Assembly (NCBI GenBank): GCA_963843575.1
Contig: CAWJKZ010000025.1
Span: 1-64,000, forward strand
Source: an uncultured Acidobacteriota bacterium
GTDB lineage: Bacteria > Acidobacteriota > UBA6911
Direction of reading: 5' to 3'
Length of the DNA stretch: 64,000 nt
Under the pieces are notes generated by a model. That model worked only from the letters and a program-made list of their open reading frames with translations, ran no database searches and was not told where the DNA came from. A program made the translations under genes and the position numbers. Positions 60,001-64,000 of this stretch are shown piece by piece; positions within the stretch are counted from its first letter, which is position 1, and every line of letters begins with the position of its first letter.

Positions 60001-60418
60001 CATCCTGCAGGCGTGCGACGAACCAGGATAGACCCCGAGCCCTGCGGATCTGGTCCGCCGCAACGCGGACACGTCGGAGTTCGGCGACGCTGGCCAGCGG
60101 GCCGGCGCCGAGACGCTCGAAAACACGGCGCGCCGCGAAGTGGCGGTCCTCGGGATCGGGTAGAAACGAAAGGACGGACAGCAGTTCGCCGGCGCTGCGC
60201 ACCGCGTTCAGGTTGAGCGGCGGTGCGGCCAGAGCCGATTCCGCTCCAGCCTCTATCGAGGTGCGTGCCCCGTGGACCAGCCAGAGTCCCGAAAGCACGA
60301 CGAGGGACGCCGCCAGCAGCAGGTAGAGCTCTATCCGTCGACCGGCGACGCCGGTCCCTCCGCGGTGCAGCCCGGGCGACATGGCCCGGCCTGCGGCGGA
60401 ACTCCGTGTTATGGCCAT
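57029..60418 (-). CDS. SEDS glycosyltransferase (RodA/FtsW) fused to a class B PBP transpeptidase
   Basis: QPVELIK, QKDLG, HTDLI..GEELG, PLSGV..PFLNYG; PGSSFK (SxxK), SCN (SxN), KTG. Confidence 0.9.
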   Translation of the reverse strand: MAITRSSAAGRAMSPGLHRGGTGVAGRRIELYLLLAASLVVLSGLWLVHGARTSIEAGAESALAAPPLNLNAVRSAGELLSVLSFLPDPEDRHFAARRVFERLGAGPLASVAELRRVRVAADQIRRARGLSWFVARLQDARKQTRPGESVSVPLFTGAQLRLLRPRVVVRSPERFCRELVLYGLLFLAPFFLIHGFWSYRDFTGDRILLPIAMLISGLGFILMVRLRDPLREDLLFPDFAVGVALGCLVLLACSLPDYERGALRRLAYVPLLLSFVASVILLVFGSGPGVSDAKVNLRLGPLSVQPVELIKVLLVLFLAGYFANRWEFFREMRERSAVVPGWLRGFDIPRLKYALPVAAAAGLAVVFFFLQKDLGPALVFLAVFLSLYAIARGRAVAAAVGLGILVAAFAVGYHLSFPRTVVSRVSIWLSPFDNYVRPGGDHLAQSLWTFASGGLWGAGLGLGEPESLPAVHTDLILAAAGEELGFLGLVLIYLLYGVFLHRGLRLSLAAPGHYTFFLGIGFTLLTGLQVALISGGVLGLVPLSGVVTPFLNYGKSSAVMNFAILGILLAISARPSAVGRNEPFRKPVRWAVVAFGVVAAAVVVQAARVQVFGTGQTMSTGALVPQADGHRRYMYNPRVVEASEVIPRGSVFDRNGIPLAVSSATELEGHRDEYERLGVDPAELGAAGSARGYPFGALTFHILGDLPTRLNWAAPNTSYVERDYNVTLQGYDDRATTVEVDDTPGGARHPALRRDLRELIPLVRYRYRPEHEQVQRILRRDRDVHLSLDVRLQKAAADILDRHVRNNGVEKGAAIVIDPLTGDLLASVTYPWKGAAEAVHLLSTGDETADVSGFRDSLLDRARYGLYPPGSSFKLVTASAALQVRDNVENETFECKRLPDGRIGNYVRGWGRPIRDDILDKVPHGTVNMSKGIIHSCNAYFAQLGTYVVGAERLLRMSREFGIRAASPETAKQLQEALPQAAYGQGQVVATPLQMVRVAAGIAEEGIVHSVRWVPVEQAPAGSKVMPPEHARLLAQYMRGVVTEGTGRTAAAAAVPIAGKTGTAELRDRPSHAWFIGFAPYGTTAPAGRKIAFAVILENGRYGGRVAAPVAADIANAAQRLGLFDRSER

Positions 60419-60544
60419 ATCAGCGTTCTTCGAGGTTCTTCGGGCGCGTCTTGAAGCCTCGGAGGCGGAGCGGTGGGACTCATCTCCGGGACCACAAGGA
60501 CCGAAGCATCGCCGGGTTCATTCCCCATTTCCAGCTTCACCGTG

Positions 60545-62407
60545 TTAGAGGCGCTTCCACCATCTCCATGAGAAAATGGAGCCGGGGGGATCGACCTGGT
60601 CGAGCCGTTCCTGAACCTTGTCGAGGGCATCCTGCACCTGCCGGATCTGGTTGGTGCTGTCTCCCCACGGCACGATCTCGGAGTAGATCGAGAGGGCGTT
60701 TTCCAGGTCGTCCTTCGCGCGCGAGAGCATGTCTTTCTCCTGCGGCTGGTCGCGCAACCGCGCGGCGCCCTGCCAGAACTGCATGCCCCGGCTCTTGAAC
60801 GCGTCGGCGCGTTGCGCCTGCTCCCGCTTCCCAGGCTTGTGTCCGAGCGACTCCGCCCGCTCCAGCTCGCTGGTACCCCGGTCGAAATCCCGCAGCGAGT
60901 AAATGTAAACGCGTGCCATCCCCAGGTGCGGGTCGGGCCACTTCGGGTCGAGAGCGGCCGCCCGCTGGAAAGCCGCCAGGGCATCGGAATCTTTCCGGTT
61001 TATCCTGAGGACGTGGCCGTCGGCATAAGACAGCATGGCCGCGGCCTTCCTGTCCGAGGGGTCCAGCTGCCGAGCATGCTGCATCAAGCGCTTGCAGCGG
61101 AGCCAGTCGCCTTCGCGCACCCGCGGGGCGTCGCTGTTCCTGTACTCGTCGGCCGTAGCCTGACACTGCTCGCAGAGGAGCCTTACGAGCGGCGGACGGA
61201 CCATGAGGGTGGGCAGCCCCGTCGGGCTGCTCTGCCTGAGCTGCTCGTAGCGGGTCCACGCGGTATCCCCGTCCACCTGGCCGCTTTCCAGGACGGTCTT
61301 GAGACGGCCGGCCTCCCGGTAGACCATACCTTCCCGGACCAACAGGGCCAGGAGCGCCAACCCCAGCACGGGGATCCCGATCTTCAGCCCTATCTTCAGG
61401 CGCCTGGTCCAGGAGGGTGACAGGGTACGTGTCCTGCGCGTCTCCGTGCCCGGTGCCGCCGCGGGGAGAGGCGCCGCCGGCGGGGGAGGTACCGCGGGGA
61501 TTGGCTCGGCCGGCTCGGTCCTGCGGGTCTCTTCGTTCTCGCGGGCAGCCTCGGTCGGGGCGCCGGCCAGAAAGGCGCGCAGATCGGCCTCGAAGTCCCT
61601 GGCGGTCGGATACCGCCGGGCTGCAGCCTGAGCCAGCGACTTGCACGCGATCTGCTGCAGCTCGAGCGGACACGCGTCGGGGAGCGGTTGCGGGGGCATC
61701 CGGGACCTTACGACACGCTCCAGGATTTCGGTGGATGGCGCCTCGAAGGGGGGCTTGCCGCCAAGCATCTCGTAAAGGACAACCCCGACCGACCAGAGGT
61801 CCGACATCTCGTCGATGCGGCCGGTGTCGAGCCGCTCCGGCGACGCATAGGACACGCTGCCGAAAAAATTGTTGGTGAGCTTCCGGGTCAGGGACAGCCC
61901 CTTGGCGATGCCGAAATCGAGCACCCGCACACTCCCGTCCGGGGCGATGCGGATGTTTTTCGGCTTGATGTCGCCGTGAACCACGGCGCGCAATTCCTTG
62001 CCGTCGACCTGGAGAGTGGTGCTGTGGGCGACGGCGAGGATCGCGCACAACTCCCCCGCGACCCGGGCGGCCTCACGAGGCTCCACGGGCCCATCTCGGA
62101 TCAGATCCGAGAGGTCCCGCCCCTCGACGTATTCCATGTCGATGAAGAAGAAATCGTCGACGTCGCCGCATTCGTGAATCCGGGGGATGCGGGGTTCCAC
62201 GGTCGAGAGTTCCGCCTGCAGTTGTGCCCCGAGCCTCTCGGCGGCCACGATCTCCGCACCGTCCTGGCCCGACCCGTGCTCGACCAGTTTCAGGGCAACC
62301 CGCCTGTCCTTACGCGTGTCGAGCGCGAGGTAGACGTCTGCCATGCCGCCCCGGCCGAGCTTTTCGAGTACCTGGTAGTCGCCGATGCTCTGAAGAAAAG
62401 TCTTCAT
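60545..62407 (-). CDS. Membrane Hanks-type Ser/Thr kinase with TPR-like C-terminal region
   Basis: GRGGMADVY, VALK, HGDIKPKN, DFG, YASPE, DLWSVG; TM IGIPVLGLALLALLV; TPR-like helices. Confidence 0.92.
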   Translation of the reverse strand: MKTFLQSIGDYQVLEKLGRGGMADVYLALDTRKDRRVALKLVEHGSGQDGAEIVAAERLGAQLQAELSTVEPRIPRIHECGDVDDFFFIDMEYVEGRDLSDLIRDGPVEPREAARVAGELCAILAVAHSTTLQVDGKELRAVVHGDIKPKNIRIAPDGSVRVLDFGIAKGLSLTRKLTNNFFGSVSYASPERLDTGRIDEMSDLWSVGVVLYEMLGGKPPFEAPSTEILERVVRSRMPPQPLPDACPLELQQIACKSLAQAAARRYPTARDFEADLRAFLAGAPTEAARENEETRRTEPAEPIPAVPPPPAAPLPAAAPGTETRRTRTLSPSWTRRLKIGLKIGIPVLGLALLALLVREGMVYREAGRLKTVLESGQVDGDTAWTRYEQLRQSSPTGLPTLMVRPPLVRLLCEQCQATADEYRNSDAPRVREGDWLRCKRLMQHARQLDPSDRKAAAMLSYADGHVLRINRKDSDALAAFQRAAALDPKWPDPHLGMARVYIYSLRDFDRGTSELERAESLGHKPGKREQAQRADAFKSRGMQFWQGAARLRDQPQEKDMLSRAKDDLENALSIYSEIVPWGDSTNQIRQVQDALDKVQERLDQVDPPGSIFSWRWWKRL

Positions 62408-64000
62408 CGCGCTCCAGTCTTGACTACAGCGACGGCCCCATCCTTATTCGGCTTCGACCCCGTACCGAAATAATTGCCCATCATCCGTTCTCTCATGTGC
62501 TCCAGGCGCACACGGATGCCTTCGGCGGCGTTTCCCGAAATCATGTTGCGGAGGATGGCAGGCTCAGCGGCATCGACGACGTCGATGCCCGGAGCGGGCC
62601 GCCCGGCGTGGAAACCGTTCCCCCGGATAATGTTGCCGACCAGGTGTGGACGGGCCGTCCCGGCCACCACCACACCTGCCCCGGAGTTGTCGTAGATGTA
62701 GCTGCCGGTCAGGGCCGCCTTGGAATTGCCGCCGATCCACACGCCCGCACCCGAGGCCCCCGTAACCTCCACGTTGGTGATGCGCAGGTCCGAGTTCAGG
62801 ACCCGGATCCCCACAGGGAAAGCAGCTTCCGGACCCGCTCGGATCACCACGCCCGAAAGCTCAGCCTGCCTGATGCCGTCGGCGACGACCGCCGCGTCGT
62901 CGAGCGCCAGCGGATGAGAGACACGCACGACGACGTCGCCCGCGGACCGGGCCGCGATGCTGACGTTCTCCTTGAGCCTCAGAGGGCCCCGGTATTCGCC
63001 CGGCGCAACCACGATCCGGTCCCCGGGCCGCGCTTGCTCAAGTGCGTCCGTGATCGTCGTGTATTCGGCCCCCGAGGAGCCGACCGCCAGGGTCCTCGAC
63101 TCCGGGGCGCCTTGCACCGCAGCGACGGCTTCGGGCTGCGCCTGCTGCCGCCGCGCCTGCCACTCATGGAACACGATCGCGAGCAGCGCGCCGAGCGCCA
63201 CGCCCAGCAGGACGAACTTCCAGGCCGCACGGCGCCGCACCCTGACCACGGGGGTTTCCTCGGTCGGGGCAGCCGTCGAGCCGCGAAGGCTTGCCGCGAA
63301 AGCGTCCCCCTCGACGACGATGACGGAGACGTTGTCCTTGCCGCCCGCGGCGTTCGCCCGGCGTATGAGTTCGCGCACGCTCTCGCGGGGATTCCCCGCA
63401 TGGAGCTCGACGCTCTTCAGTACGTCCGAGGATGTAATCATGTCGGAAAGGCCGTCAGAGCAGAGCACCAGCACGGAATCGGGTTCGAACCGGGTTTGGA
63501 GGTACTCGACGAAGTCCGGGTCGTCGGGTTTGTGCGGCTGGGACCCCACGTCGCGAAACACCTCGTTGCGCCGGGGGTGCCGCATGGCCTCGAGTTCGGT
63601 GATTTCGCCGGCGTCCTCCCGCCTGCCCACGGGGGAGTGGTCCGGGGTGACCTTCCGGAGGGCGTGGTTGCGGGCGACATAGAGGCGGGTGTCCCCGACA
63701 TGCCCTATGTGCAGCATCCCATCTTCGATGACGGCGAGGGTGAGAACGCAGGCCATTCCCCGCCACTCGGGGTGGACCTGGGAGAGTCGGTACACCTCGT
63801 TGTTGGCCGCCGTGATCGCCTCGCGCACGCGCCGGGCGACGGTTCCCGTTTCCTGTTTCAGGCGCCTGACGATCCAGTCGAGCGCATTCTGCGCGGCTTC
63901 CTCGCCCGCCGCTTGTCCTCCCATCCCGTCGACCACGAGGAAGATCCCGCGCTCGGGGTCGCAGTGGACGCGGTCCTCGTTGTTCTCCCTCAGCTTACCG
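62404..64000 (-). CDS. PP2C phosphatase - TM - beta-helix protein, 5'-partial
   Basis: RENNED, VVDGMGG, HVGDTR, DHS, LCSDGL, GGKDN; TM; TITDAL..PGDRIVVAPGEY and beta-helix turns. Confidence 0.9.
   Translation of the reverse strand, partial: GKLRENNEDRVHCDPERGIFLVVDGMGGQAAGEEAAQNALDWIVRRLKQETGTVARRVREAITAANNEVYRLSQVHPEWRGMACVLTLAVIEDGMLHIGHVGDTRLYVARNHALRKVTPDHSPVGRREDAGEITELEAMRHPRRNEVFRDVGSQPHKPDDPDFVEYLQTRFEPDSVLVLCSDGLSDMITSSDVLKSVELHAGNPRESVRELIRRANAAGGKDNVSVIVVEGDAFAASLRGSTAAPTEETPVVRVRRRAAWKFVLLGVALGALLAIVFHEWQARRQQAQPEAVAAVQGAPESRTLAVGSSGAEYTTITDALEQARPGDRIVVAPGEYRGPLRLKENVSIAARSAGDVVVRVSHPLALDDAAVVADGIRQAELSGVVIRAGPEAAFPVGIRVLNSDLRITNVEVTGASGAGVWIGGNSKAALTGSYIYDNSGAGVVVAGTARPHLVGNIIRGNGFHAGRPAPGIDVVDAAEPAILRNMISGNAAEGIRVRLEHMRERMMGNYFGTGSKPNKDGAVAVVKTGAR

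Overview
High-GC bacterial window that looks like two unrelated pieces joined at about 5,640. Bases 1-5,640 carry a class II glutamine amidotransferase, a DUF6600-type Pro/Gln-rich protein, enolase, a PagL-like barrel and a Fur/PerR regulator. At the junction the Fur gene lacks a stop and runs head-on into a 3'-truncated beta-galactosidase. The remaining ~58 kb looks acidobacterial (ADOP permease, many exported carbohydrate enzymes, PQQ-like propeller); this taxonomy is an inference. It holds a myo-inositol catabolic cluster (tal-lacI-iolB-iolD-iolA-iolE-iolG, no iolC/iolJ in the window), typA, pip, a 2-hydroxyacyl-CoA dehydratase/activase pair, a tartrate/malate dehydrogenase with a DASS transporter, and a PP2C / Ser-Thr kinase / RodA-PBP fusion / FHA operon. 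Several genes carry clustered frameshifts that are probably sequencing errors. Two observations stand out. First, a 1,203-aa ORF fuses an intact class I aminotransferase to an archaeal-type PEP carboxylase, a candidate one-chain PEP -> oxaloacetate -> aspartate enzyme. Second, a MITE-like element with 19-bp terminal inverted repeats sits in the TTCA/TGAA loop of one REP family (4-bp target duplication) and carries a second REP family inside. All calls come from motif recognition by eye; no searches were run.
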